From positions 46,438,001 through 46,502,000 of the forward strand of contig OZ076411.1 of assembly GCA_964187785.1 (NCBI GenBank): a DNA stretch of 64,000 bases, written 5' to 3'. Positions 34,601 through 48,324 of the stretch are shown here, one piece after another (the first letter of the stretch is position 1; the number at the start of each line of letters is the position of its first letter). The stretch is from Amphiscolops sp. MND2022. Taxonomy: Eukaryota. The notes beneath the pieces were generated by a model, which worked only from the letters and a program-made list of their open reading frames with translations, had not been told where the DNA came from and ran no database searches. Made by a program: the position numbers and the translations under genes.

Positions 34601-37078
34601 TTTCAACTTCCAAAAAGGCTTCTTTCAAACCAAAAGTGTCACATCTTAGGGTTTTCCGGCATTGTGCGACTTCGGGAAAAAGTTTCATAGTTTTTGCTAC
34701 TTTTTGATGTTTAATATGTCCAGTAAAATAAAAGCGTTTTTCAAGTTCGCAGGTCGCCCTTTCGGTCCACTCTGGAAGTTATGAAAATTTCCCGAAGGCC
34801 ACCCTTTTTTGAGAGATATTTTGGGATTTTTGAGCTTCAAGCGGGGTGCCGACTTTGAACGTTCCCGTTTTTTAACTTCACTTCTAAAAAAGTTAAATCG
34901 TTTCTTACGAAGTCAAAGGGAAGGCAAATCCTTTGAATTGACTTTTCGGAGCTCTAAATGCATAAATGCTGAAAGTAGTTTTCAGAACAGTAGAGACTTT
35001 CAGTTGAAGGAGTTTCGATAGTTTTTCAATGACGTATCAGCAGAATATATGAGAATCAACACAGTGCCAGTTCGCCTCTTGTCAAGATTAAACTTGGACC
35101 CTCAAAGTCCCCAAAGATAACAATTCCATTCAGTTTTTGACCCAAAGCTGAGCCATTTGACGTTTTTTTAAAAGATAATTCGTGCGTGCTTATCGTAGAC
35201 CCCTTTGCGACTAATTTATGCTGTTGATTACTTACTGTTTCGAAGGAGTGAGGTGGGTTTGGACGGGGGTTCTCCCTGTAGCAGTCGGCCAAGTAAACAG
35301 GGTTCACCTTCCAAATGGCTTTGCGCACTTGTCTCAATGTCGGCCGATGCTCGTAATAGTATCGACAGCACGAGGCCGGGTATCGCTGAAATGTCACGAA
35401 ATGATGAAATCACTGTGAAGGATTCTGTGAAGAGATTTGCAAACTAAACGAAACGAGTTTCATTTCATAAAAATGAAATTCGAAGTCCATATTCTCCAAT
35501 ATTTCGATTAATCATCTGCTTGCACTAATCTAAACCTTTATTATGACCACAGGGTCCCAATAAGTATTCAGAATACCTTCTGAACTGTTTGGTCGAGCCC
35601 ACTGAAATAAATTTCAAATTTCAGTAAGCATAGTTTCATATTCCTTTTTACTCTTGAGCATTTTTGATTTTATTAACAATTGATTATTTTTAGCGACTGT
35701 TTGGATATTTCGTGAATAGACAGAAATGAAAGTTAAGAGAGGTACTGACTCTGGTGATGTTTCCGAGGGTGGGAATGTACATGTTGCTTGGAGCTGGAAT
35801 CTCGTAGTTCCACGCTATGTACTGGTAGTCCTTTTCATCGTCCACTCCGCAGCATTGGTGCTATAAGAACAACCAAAGATTCCTTTTTAAAAAATATATT
35901 TAGGATAAACATTAGCCACCGAATAATGAATAATGGCTGGCGGCAAATTTTTAGGGAAATTAAATTTTCCACTCCTAGTTTTCACGGGACAGTTTGTAAG
36001 CACTCACTATTTTCTGGCAGCAGTTTTGTAACTTTGCAGCATTATAATTTATTGTTTTAACAAATTAAATTCGTAATTTAAAGTTATTCAACCTCACAAA
36101 ACCTAAATATCCGGTAGATGTTCAATTTTGGAACAGAGGTTATAACTCACGTATATCTGGACGTAGTTCCAGAAGACGCTGTGTTCTCCCTTGTCGTTCT
36201 CTCCCTTGTAGTTGAAGAGGGAGTCGTCCATGTTTTGGTACAGGTTCTTGCGCAGCTCCTCTTTGTACCAGAAAGGGAGAGCCACAAAGAGAGCCACTCC
36301 GATGAAACACAGCACCAGCATACCACAGTGCTGAAAAAAGGTAGACAACCCAATGGTTTTTTGCTGGTAACGGCTGCTCTGCTGTTTTAGGGTACTTTAG
36401 AGGTACCATGTAAGCCGAAGTTTTCATTTTCAAATTACCCCACTTGACAACATATGATGTTGAAATTCTCCAATTCCATAGACGAACGATTTCTAAAATT
36501 TTTAATTCAACGCCGTTCATTTTTCCATAAAATCCTCACCATATCTCACTTTACAGATTTTTAAGTTTTTGCGACAAATTTTTGAAATTGTTACATAATC
36601 AGTTTAGCTGTTTAATCGTTCAACATACCACCATGATAACAGCTCTTTGCTCCTTGACGAACCCGGAAACTCCCAGACATCCGGTGACCAACAAGATCAC
36701 CCCTGTGAATATCATGCCATATGACAACCAGCTCCAGAGGTCTTCACTGGGCAACACCGCGCTGAGTATACCCACGGCATTCTCTGCTATCAGCCAGATG
36801 CCCAGTCCAGTTATGGCACCCGCAAAAATCTGAAACAGATAATGGGTGTCACAAGAAACGGCTGTGGTGAGATTCAATTCTGAACTCACTCATAATGTAG
36901 ATTGTGGGTTCAGGTTATTTCCTAAACTGAATATACTCCAAATTGAACTAACAACAAAAAATGTTATGGCGCTTGATAGCTGATGACTTTTCTTGTGAAA
37001 TATTGCAAAAGTCGATGCATTTCGGCAACAAGCTCCTAGAAAAGCTAGTTCACATTGGAATTGATTCAATGAACTCAT
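31640..37078 (-). CDS. Tetraspanin, about 303 aa
   Basis: Exons 37078(or 37035)-36953, 36829-36629, 36330-36151, 35860-35750, 35385-35236, 32223-32140, 31699-31640; all junctions GT-AG, phase 0. Four TMs, GCLG after TM2, WNYVQ-(H)QCCG, PASCC, TGCY before TM4. Start codon uncertain. Confidence 0.9.
34072..34872 (-). mobile_element. Helentron-like repeat in tetraspanin intron
   Basis: tttagtcggcgcatttc...ggtgccgactttgaacgttcccgttt termini. Confidence 0.65.
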
Positions 37079-38359
37079 CACTGGAAATACTTAAAAAGGT
37101 TTTATTATTCTAAGAACGTTTTCAAATTGAACAACATTTTTGCGGAAAAACAATGATCTTCCATCTAAACCTGGTCACCCATTTGACACAAGTCGACACA
37201 ATTTTGAACTAAATCCTTTTCACATTATTCTGAGTTATCCTCGTCATTCCTTCCTTTTTCGTGGCAATACATTTTGTATTCACCTCCGAACACTTTCAAA
37301 AGGAATCTTTTTCGACGCACAAAGAGCTCTTTTGAAAAATTAACAACACTTCTAAATAATGTACATATGGAAGCTAATTTTACAACAGTTTTTGAAAAGC
37401 GTCATTTTGAACACAAAAGGAGAAGAACTCGCAAATGGCGAAGATTTGAACAAAAGAGAACAAAAAAATAGTGAAGTGTTTACAAACCAAAAGCAGGAAA
37501 TTGATCGCGAAGGCAAGGTAGCTTACAGCCTTGCTTGTTCTCCCTTTGAATCTGCTCTCACTGGAAAAGAAACGAAACCATGTAAAATCTTCAACAATGT
37601 AAATATATTCATGCTGAAAAGATAAATCTACGAAAAGTTACTAACTATAACACCATCGCTGAACAAAGGTATACAAATGATGAACATACACACAAATGTG
37701 AAAAACTTCAATGTATGAAGAAAATTTCAAAAGAGTTGACGTAAAAGACTCTCGGTTCTTTGCTCGGCCAATTTTTGATGCATTCGTTGCCAAAAATTGG
37801 TTAATATCAAAAATCAAAGAATGCTTCTTTTAGTATTTACGATTGACGTGGTATTGTGTATTAATGTACGGTAATTGAACATTCTTGTCGCGATGTGAAG
37901 CACAAGTACTCTCTCAGAAGAATACATTTCTCGACCATTTTCGACCGGAAAATTCCATTCAGTGTTCATTTCCGATTACTGAAAGCTATGAAGAAATCGA
38001 CTATTAAAGATTTCCTTTTTCTGCCAGCTGAGTGTCATTAAAAGGACTGGTCAATAACCCAGGAGCTTTTGGAGAGGACAGCATGATATACAAGGGTTCC
38101 TTACATGTTTGGTTAAGTATCTCAGCTAGAAAATACGCAGTGTAATGAAAAAAAAAACAGCAAAATCTAGAATATAATCACTCCAGTTGAATTTTTCTAG
38201 TTAGAAAACAACATTACGTTTTTTTCAGCCGAGGATCGGTATTTCTGGCGATACGATTTGCCGTGGGTGTGGATAAATGACAAGTGATTACCCTTGTCAA
38301 GTGACAAGGGATAAATGACAAGTGGCACGTTCCCACCTCCCTTCAGTTCTGGGTCATGG

Positions 38360-38470
38360 AAACAAGACGAGAACGTCTAAAGTCGGCGCTATATCTAAAG
38401 CTCAAAAAGCGCAAAAATTTTTCTCTTTCGAAAAATGTCGCATAGTGCCGAAAATTGTAAAAGGGGGACC
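38360..38470 (+). mobile_element. Helentron-like 5' fragment
   Basis: aaacaagacgagaacgtctaaagtcggcgctatatctaaagctcaaaaagcg, near-identical to the 5' end of the 2668-3113 copy. Confidence 0.7.
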
Positions 38471-40811
38471 AAATACTCGATGATCACATAGTATAAAATA
38501 GTCAAACTAAATAGACTGAACACTTGGATAAAAGGTTTGAAAAACATCAGATGATTTTGTTGAGGTCTACTGAACCCAAAGTTGAGTTACAGAAGGAGTT
38601 TTCTTAGTGGTAGTCTACTGCTATTTTTGGGCGTCAGCCTGTGACACAAGTACTGGCAGATATTGAGAAGCCAATTTTAGTGGAACCCACTTCTGTTCCG
38701 AAATATGCATCTATGCCAATGTACTGGATTTTGAAGACATATCTCTCAAATGTTCAAGCGTTTCGATCGAAATTCAGCATAAAAAGTGGAACTGCCGCGG
38801 AGGTAAAATGTTTGTCACAAAATTCGTGTCAATTCAAAGTTCACCTCACGAAACAAACTGGAAAGTAACGTTTTAGAAGATACTGCAACTTTGGAACTAC
38901 ATGATTTTCATGACCTTCACCTTGACTTCATGATTGTGAAAAAAATCTAGAAAAAGTCAACAAGACGTGCGCTGACCAGCAGCATATTTTCCGGCTAAAC
39001 TGGTCTAGCAACGACATATGTTCGAGGTTCAAGAGTAGCCATTGCACAATGGAAACGCATAGAAGTTTGATGAAAAAAGTTTTGAAACTTCTTATTTGAT
39101 GTCATCCCTTTTCAGAAGGAAACACTTCAAAAACACATTGAACACCTGATTTGTTTTTTTTCAGCCTGTGTGGATATCAAAACCTAAGCAATAAAAATTT
39201 TATAATTTTGCACCAAAATTCACTAAAAGTATCCAAATTTGGAAAAAATTGAATTTTCAAAAACCTTGTGGTCATTTGGCGCTTTTCTAAGAGACTGCAA
39301 ATGTCTTTACAAGAACGCCTAGTGAATAGCGGGTCCAGTTGGTATTGAATTACGAAACTGCACAGAAAAGTATATTGACATTTCAAAAACAAAAATTTTT
39401 TGCCTATTTCAAGTCGTTTGCCGAACTTTTTACACACAGAAACGTAAAATTGTTTTTTAAAACATTCTGGATGCCTTTTTAAAAAGGTTGAAGTTTTCAA
39501 TTACTATAAAATTTTGGTAATTTTCATTGAAAATCCACAAAAATATCAAAGAACTGCTGAAATCTGCATTTTTCTCACAATTTTGGGGTCATTTTGAGGG
39601 TTTTCTAACGTGAACTTGCAATTCACCTTCAAAACGCCTACTGCACAATGCAATCGTTGTTTTTATTTTTCAACGATGGCAATATCTCAAAATATCAAAA
39701 ACTTAGCAGAAGAAACGTTGAATTTGGATTTCTTTTTGTTTCCGACTCATCATGGTCATTTTCGAAGCACTACAATGCCACTCTCAACTGCATAGTTAGT
39801 TTGGTCGCTTTTGAGTTTTCTTGACCATAAGAACTTTTAAAAAGAATACAAAAATTGCAGGAGAAACGACAAACTAGAAAATGTTGGGTTTTCGATATAT
39901 GATAACTTGTTTTTTCAAAAAAAACTTACTGAGCATTGTTTTCAAATTTTGATGAAACGTTTTGAAGTTCAATTTAAAATCTTTCAGAGATTCGAAAAAA
40001 AACTGCGTTCCAAAGTCAAAAATTTTAAAGACTTTTTGGTTATTTCGTGGTCATGCTGAGGTCATTGAAGGTGCTTTCGAAAAATCTTATTTATTTTGTG
40101 GTTGCATGCTGTTGAATGTTGTCAATTCGTCTAATATACGAAGTTTGCGAATTTTCCGGAAAAACTCATTTCTCGGAAAAATTTTGAATTTCGGTTCGTT
40201 TGGTCAATCTGGGATCATGTTGAACCTTGGAACCTACAAATTTTTCCTTCACAACGCGTAATGCACAGCGTGATAATTTGTTTGAAGGTTTGAAGTTTAG
40301 GAACATCTAATTTACGAAAAGTTTCACGAACAATCACTAAAAGTTTCAAAAAGAATTGTTTTGATATTGTAGGTTTTTTGTTCATATTGAGACAATTTAC
40401 AAACATATCAGCAAATACCGCCACGGAATCCAACTATATATCAACTGCAAAAGTTGTTGAACCATTCTTTTACTCTAATCCTCGGAACCTTTTAGAACTT
40501 TCACAGAATTTGCACAGAAACGTTTGAAAAGTCTACAGCAATACTCACTGGGTGCGTTTTGAACTGTTTTTGATGAAAAACACTAATTTTTTCATCAAAA
40601 AAGGATAGTGCATTCAATCGTTTTTCATTTATATGTTTTGAATCATCTAACACACTAGCACTTTCAAAGACTGACCTCAAATAGAATGAAGAAGCAACAA
40701 AAACTGGAAGTTTTTAGAGTTTTCGACAATTTTCATGTGAAACTAAAGCACACTTTTATCAAAAAAACTGCTTTTATTACTTCAAAAGGCCTATCGGACA
40801 ACGAATTCACA

Positions 40812-41007
40812 TGTTGACCGGTTGTGGAGTTCCAATTTTTGTAATATGATACCTGAAGAGCAGAAAAATTCAGAAAATGAGAAAACTTTGTTTGATTCAG
40901 TTTACCGCAACCAAAACGATGAGTCAAAGGTTACATAAGAATATTGATGGATCAACTTCAGAATGAATCTTATATTTATTTAATTTTGGTAAAAATGACT
41001 TCCAACA
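40812..41007 (-). repeat. Copia 3' LTR (196 bp)
   Basis: TGTTG...CAACA; preceded on the minus strand by a purine tract gcggagagg; homologous to 45095-45305. Confidence 0.75.
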
Positions 41008-44000
41008 CCTCTCCGCAATTAATGACACAGAGAACAACTTTGACACTAATTGTTCGAATCTTTTCCCGTTCAAGACCTTGGTGAACACGTCCGTTATCTT
41101 TGAGTTCGTATCCACACAAAGAAGTTCTGCAGAACCATCCTCGAAAAACTGTCCGCAGAAATGATACTTCTAGTCGATGTGATTTAACCTCTGGAAAATT
41201 ATTGCATTTCGTGTCAATGCCATTGCACACTGATTATCTGTTTCTTTGAGGTAATGCAAAATTCTTTTAACGGCAACAAAAGGTGTTTCAATTGAACAGT
41301 TATTGATTTCAGCAGTTCAGTTGACGTAAAAAGCTATATGAGGTCGTGTTGAAACAGACAAGTAAAATAAAGATTCTAACAGTTTTCTGTACAGATTTTC
41401 GTCAAATAATTTAAAAATTTCATCTAATTGCACGTTAGACATTGGGTATTTGGCTGTTTTGCAGTCAGTCATAATCCATTTCTCATTAAATTTGGAAAAT
41501 TAACCCACGTGAGAGATAGCGATTAATCCAACTTTCATCATAATTTGAATGACCAAAAGGTTGTTACCAACCCCATGATGATCTACTGGCAAATACCTAC
41601 TGATCGAACTCCTAATCGTCGAGGTTTCATTGTTTTATTAGTTAAAATGAGTGTATCATCAACCCAAGATGACAGAAATTGATTTTCCTGCCGATTCATC
41701 GGACAAAAAGACAAGAATCTGCGTCAGAGTTCTTGAACTTGAGTTATTCTGTTGAAATATTCGCATATTGTAGATAACATGCACCACTTGCTTGTGTAAG
41801 AACATACAGTCATTTTTAAAATTTCCAGATTCTGTCTTCATAGCCCTTCTTAATGCAGTCGGGAGGTTTTTCGCGATAGATTTCATCCTGAGTTGGAAAA
41901 TTAGGAAGTCTATTTGATGAATTTTCATTGAATGTTTAGTCGCTAGTGCAGAGTGACATCGCTTGTTGCATGTGACAGTGGTTGAGAAAATTTCAGTGTA
42001 ATTTCAACTTAAACTTTTGAAGAGCCGTTCGCGACATAACAGGCTTCTTTGTCATTTGAAATTGAACCAGCTGGTAAACTTTTTGTACCAAAGATTCATC
42101 TGCTATTCAATGATGGAAATTTTCCTGGTTTAAGCACCAGATCAGAAACACCAAGTTTGTTAAAAGAATTCAATTCTGAACCTATTGCTTGTTTGCAACT
42201 TTCACAATTCATTAATTTTATAGCATCCGAACAAGTCATAGGATCTTCATCTTCAGAGTGACACTATGAAGAAAACGTGAAATATCTGATTTTCTGCTTC
42301 TCAGAAAACTGAATTGGATTGCCATAAAGTTCTGACTTTTACTTTGTCGTTTTCCAAAAGATGTTACTTGGTTGACCACATTTTCATTATCAGTGACAGA
42401 GGGTATCAGAAGCGAATATGTACTTTCGATATGTGTTGATTCATCCAAGTTTGCTCTAAAAGTAGCTAAAATACCATGATCATTAAAACTATTTTGATAG
42501 ATGACTGTTGGAATTTCAATATTCTGAAGTTCACTACAGGCTAAAAAGCAAACGATTGGCTGGAATCCTTTGTCACCGAGTGAGAACACTGTTGTTTGTC
42601 GAATTTGACATTACGGCTTCAGATGATCTGCTTTTGTTTTTGAATTCGAAACATAACGTATTCTTTCCCAGTCAACTCCAGAGAATGTCATTTTTTTCTG
42701 CTTTTGGGTCGAGTTTTTGTCAATTAGACAAACTTTATTGAAAGCCAGGTAACCAAAACGCCCTGAAGGATATACATTAATTTTTCGCCGGAGAACAATT
42801 CGTAAGGTGTTTTGTCGGAATGGTTACCTTCTGATAACAACGTTTTCGAATTTAGCTAGCTGTGTCAACAGCTCGGACCCGAACATTTTCCTAGAGAAAT
42901 AATTCTGAGAAAATCTTTCTCGTCAAATCAGAAGTTCTTCGCCAAAAACGCTTCACTACTCCTTTTTTGAAGGGACTGTAAAGTGAACTAAATTCTTTTC
43001 AAATGCCTTCATTGATGCAAACTTCAAGTAATGCGTGACTCGTGTACTCAATTCCATAATCAGAACGAAGATATTTGACATTTCTTTTGCCAACTTCAGC
43101 AGTATATTCTTTGAATTTACATTCTTTCTCAAAAATATTTCCCTCATAAAATATAATCTTGCAGCTTTTGGATGAAAGGCACCACGTAAAGTTGATTTTT
43201 GAAAGCTTTTGGAAAAGGTCCACAATTATCGGAATGAATTATATCAAACTTTTCGTTCGAATTATTGTGTAATGCTTCTGGAGAATTCTCAATTGTGCTT
43301 TTATAAGGCCACTGTCAGTCAATAATTTGTTCTCACAACCGCAAGATCTAGCTTGTCATCGCTTTTCGGGAGACCACAAACAGCTGACGTTTTCTGTTTG
43401 GGTTTGAGGAACTTGCAACCAGGTGCAAAACATTTTTGCGTTTTGTGATTCGTTTTTCCACAATTAGCACCTTTGTAAACAGATTTGTTTCAATGCATTT
43501 TGGCAACTACCCCATTCGAAATTTCTTCGATGGTTAAGTCACTGCTCGGTAGCCACAACCATTTTTTAAAAGGGTTGTTCTGTAACTCTTTATAGGCAAG
43601 TCTTTATAATTGAAATGCCACGTTAAAAGACTCGAATTTTTCAGGTAAGTTTTTAAGAACTGTCGCAATTTTTAAAAATTCACCAAAAGTTTCGTGGCGG
43701 ATTCCAAATTGATAATCAAATATCTAATCAAGTTTAATAACACGAATCTGTTTCACAGGGCTCAACTCTTGAGTCGATGAACTGCTTCCACAACGGAAGA
43801 ATCTGCGGAACTTTTGTTGCCCATATTTCTCATCAAAATATGCCCATAGTTTGACACCATCGTTTGCACAGAAGAAACGACAGCTTGCAGTAGAAGTAGA
43901 GAGTCATCTAGATGCATGACCAACTCACGATACAGATTTACATTGTTTGCAGCTCTTCGCTTTTCAGTGACATCATCTTGGTTTATTTGGCTGTTCTTGG

Positions 44001-44272
44001 TTGGTAAATAGGCACTGAATCTTGTTTTCCAAGTTATGAATTTCTCTTGCCTTCCGATGAATTCAGGAAGTTTTTTAGTACACTTTTTCGAACTCAATTT
44101 GTAACTTTGATCTTTGAAATTGAAAAAAAAACTGCATTTAATTTGAAATGCAACTAGTTGAAAAGTAAAATCAAAATGAATTTTGGAGAATCATTTTGAA
44201 CACAGTGAAGAAAAACCAACAGAAGTGAGATCAATTTGAACTTTGTAAATTCAATTTGAATGTCTAGATTAG

Positions 44273-44794
44273 CCCAGTGCAAAATATCTTGAAAGTCTTG
44301 CCAATATCTAGCATATTCTTACATATTACCGTTTACAATTGAAAGCCTCGATAAGATCATGTTTATTCTTGCTTGACACAACCTTCTTCAAATTTTGATA
44401 GGATTCATGGTAAGGGTCGTATCAAGAGTGTTAAGAGATTGAATAACTTGTAGTACAAACAACAATTTTGTTTACAAGTTTTTGCTATTGTTCGCACTAC
44501 CAACTACATTATCATTTGAAGTATTGGATATAAGACAACACAACGTATTGAAATTCAGAACATGATAGCTTGGTTGTAGCGCGAAAAGACGTGGTAGAAT
44601 AGGTACGCTGATCAAGCGAAGTTGGCGTGGGTTTTTGTTTGTTTTTATTCACCATGCAAGCTTTTCTCTCGAAACTCTTGGCAAGATCTTGCAAGATCGT
44701 ACATATTCTTGGCGTTCTTGATAAGAGTCTTGCCAAAATTCTTACCAAGGGTTTCACGAAAATGTAAGATTCTTTCAAAAAAATTCTGACTGGG
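44273..44794. mobile_element. MITE with CCCAGT termini, nested in the Copia 5' region
   Basis: CCCAGT...ACTGGG with CTTGCAAG-type subterminal motifs; no exact TSD. Confidence 0.5.
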
Positions 44795-45094
44795 GGCCTT
44801 CAATATCGTCTCTTACTAGACATCGGGACTAAGAGTCGCTTCCGATCTGTTTCAGAAACTGATTTGTACTATCCGCGAAGAGACATTTCAATCGGAACGA
44901 GAAAAAAGTCTTGTCTGTTCAAAATGATTTCACTTCCGGCATGAATTTTACTTCCGTTTCGAGGTTGTTCAAATTGAAAGTTCGAAATTCGAAATGTTTT
45001 TTTGCGAAAAAGGCAGTTTCAAAATGATTTCACTTCTGTTCAATTTGAATTTTCAAAACGCGAAATTGGTGTATTATGAAAACTTTAAAAGGTG

Positions 45095-45305
45095 TGTTAT
45101 CAATTTCTATTTTTAGCTGGAATCAATAACTTTTTATAATTTGATACTTGAGGAGCAGACGTTTTTAGAAAATGGAGATAATTTTATATGATCCAATTTA
45201 CCGTAGCCATAATGATGAGTCAAAGACTACATAGGAATATTGATGAATCAACTTCAGAATGAATTTTTTTAAATGTTTATTTTTGGTTGGAGATAACATT
45301 CAACA
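45095..45305 (-). repeat. Copia 5' LTR (211 bp, diverged)
   Basis: TGTTG...TAACA; shares ttcattctgaagttgat.catcaatattc.tatgta..ctttgactcatc with the 3' LTR. Confidence 0.7.
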
Positions 45306-47782
45306 CTAGTCGATGAAAGTTTTGTTATTTTCACAAAAATTGCGTTAGAACATCAAACTTGGAAAGAAAATAGGATTAGAGAAAAAAAGCTGCATTAAAA
45401 CGTTAAAACGTGAAAAATATGAACATTATGGAATTTGTCAATTTAGGCATTGTAAGTACAAAAACTCTGCATATACAATTACAGGACAAAATTCAGTAGC
45501 CTATCACATCTTAGGTTTTGTTAGATAAACACGTGTAAGTTGACGAAGATTTTAATTACGGAATGTTCATGTTTACTTTGGTCATACGTTTGACTTTACT
45601 TTCTAATTTGCGCACAATATACATAAAAAAACCAGAAGGTTTGGTATTCTTGAATATTTCGTAGAATCCAATAACTCTGATTCATTAACAAGACTGGTAT
45701 TCATTAACAAGACAATAACAAATGTTATTTCTCTTCTAAAGGTAATCGTTGAAAAACTCAAAGTAATAGATGTCTTACCCTGATATCTTGGTTTTCATTT
45801 TTTGGTTAGTTTTTTGCAAGTTGAAGGGTGAGGAGTATCGTGAGGGTGAGGGACTCAGTGTTTGCAAACACGAAGCACAGGCAAGCTTGTTTCCAAACGA
45901 GACGCTTTGTGAACGGTTTGAACTCAAACCTTTTTTCTGAAACGGAGCTTATTCAAAAAGTGTTAACAATTTTTTTCATCAACGTATAAAAAACTTCTTT
46001 ACCTTATATTCCAGTATTTATATGAGCATTCCTTTTGCCACAATAGGTAGTCGTTCTATTTTCATGCTTTACTTTAACAATCATTGTTCGCTATCTTCGA
46101 GAAATGTCGATTGCTTGAGTCTGTATGTTATACTGCAGTGATTCACTTTTGTTTTGTATTTTCTTTACTCCGTCGCCCACTTTAGCGATTTCGGTTCCCG
46201 TCATCTTCCCAAAGTTTAATCACCAAAGTTTCAGTCTCCGAAAAGGTTCACGGAAGTTGTTTAGTTCATGAAGAACATCAAGTTGATTCCACTTGAGTCC
46301 AGTTAATGTTTCTGTGAGAGAATGACCTTGACTCTCCAACTGAACTAACAAAAAGAACATCCAAACTAATTAAATTGAAAAAGTTGTAAATAATTATTAT
46401 CAACATCATAAATACTATTTCAAACATAACTGTAGAGGAAATTATTCAAAAGCAACATATTTGCCACAGGGTCCCATTCTAATACAGTATTGCTCAACAA
46501 TTCTCTTCTTTGACACGTCATCGTGAGATTATAACATGGCGCTGAGAGACAATATGGACTGAGCGGGGCAGCAACTTCGAGCAGTCCGTCAGCTTTGGCG
46601 GGACTGCCAGCATTCTGGGACACCGCTACTTAAAACAAAGTGGGAAAATGGTGGAACATTCGTTGTAGCAGTCAATGCAAAAGCTTGAGTTGCTCAGACA
46701 AAATCACCGACACAGTCTGTCTATTCTTTCAAAATTCGCACCTAAATGTTAAGCGACCATTACATGGGAACTTTTACATACAAAAAAATTATTAAAAAGT
46801 TGAAAAGTATGTAACGGCTCCCTCTGGTACAGCAAAATCAGTGGATTTTGGAATTGGACCTGTTCAGAAATTTAATGAAAAATTATAATTCGATGTGTGA
46901 CGTGGCAGTAGGCATGTGATTGCTCTTTTTGCTGTTTCCGCCATTTTCAATGCAAAACGGGGACGAGAGCAGACTGAGCGAGAACACACAGAACGACATG
47001 GCCTGAGAGCCCATAGAGACTGTAAAAACTCGTTGAAAGACTCTTTTCAAGTTTGCTAACCCGGTTTTTATCGATTTTCAGCATTATGCTGCACTTTGTA
47101 GCGGAAACCGGAAAACTGAGTCTTTTCGCCTAGAGATCCTTGTTTGGTGCTTGGAGCCCTTGCACTCTATCTTGTAGCTGTGTGGTCTGCCAGATTTATG
47201 CGCGCTAAGATGTATTTTCACAGTATTTAGCTGCATTTTCTAGCCCGAGAACCAGTTTTGGCAATTTTAGATGTTATTCCGATATCACCCTGGAGCTGAA
47301 GCGATATACCCATTTCTACAGGTTCCTCCACCTCTGCTAACGCGTTAAGCGACTGGTAACAGCTTGCCGTTACAGTAATACGAAAGAAACTTGGCTTTTG
47401 AAATTGTGAAATGAATTCGTGAAAACTGAGAAAAAATGTTTCCTTTTTATTTTTTTTTCGAATATGTCACTTCATAATTTTTCATGATCTATACTGATTG
47501 TTTGGGCGCCACAATATAGCTACCCTGCGATTATCATTGATTGTAAATTTGGTGCAGCAACAGCAGAATAGGAGAGGATGTTGGCTCATCGATTATCTAA
47601 GACGAGTACCTACTTACAACCATATTTCATGTGGTACAAATGATTCTCAAACTGAATTGTTTATGTAATGTATTAATATTTGATCCCAGTTAGTACATTT
47701 TCACATTCTAGCGTATTTAAAACATTTTGTTGCAGCACAACCAGTCTCTATGCCAATAATTGAGATTCTAAATTCGAAAAAA

Positions 47783-47783
<1 letters not shown>

Positions 47784-47820
<37 letters not shown>
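47784..47820. repeat. (TGC)12 microsatellite
   Basis: Perfect trinucleotide run. Confidence 0.95.
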
Positions 47821-47821
<1 letters not shown>

Positions 47822-48324
47822 CAGTGAACTGAAATAATGAATTCATTGCCACTATTACATAAATGAATACTCATCAGTACTACGGGAAAAACTAGGCAAA
47901 AGAGGCTTAATTAGGAGTGGATGAGGATTGATCAAACTTCACCAAATCTGCTGCAGTGTCACGAATTATCGTTTGAATTATTTTAATTTTGACTATATAT
48001 TCTGAGGAAAAGAAATAAAATCGGAAGGTGGAGGGTCTTGGGGGTGAGAAGCAAAGTGAATAAAAACTGTTTTGAAAAGGTTCAAAAGGTTACAAATGGG
48101 AATTAGTAATGAGAATAAAAATTTTGGATTGATCAATAATTAGTGCATCGTTTTCACTGATATCAGAAGAGTAGCATTGGGGATGTGAGAGAAATAAGCG
48201 ATGGGTGGATGTTTAGTTCCTTGATAGATGATACATCCAGCCACTCATCAAAGACACAATTGATTGATTGACGTCCCAAATGTTTGTTGATGTATGTTAG
48301 ATTGCATACATAGATTAGACCATG

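Larger units (their letters stand above)
40812..45305 (-). mobile_element. Degenerate Ty1/Copia LTR retrotransposon
   Basis: Gag (LPEFIGRQEKFITWKTRFSAYL, 43762-44097), Zn-knuckle remnant (NCGKTNHKTQKC), protease-like LLTDSG, integrase (IIHSDNCGPF, KYLRSDYGIEY), decayed RT, RNase H end (TDVFTKVL..KRFEQL), in Copia order between two related LTRs. Confidence 0.85.

Noticed and set aside
46420-46650. GC-rich island with a 67-aa ORF
   Set aside because: No recognisable protein or RNA motif in any frame and no linked exons.
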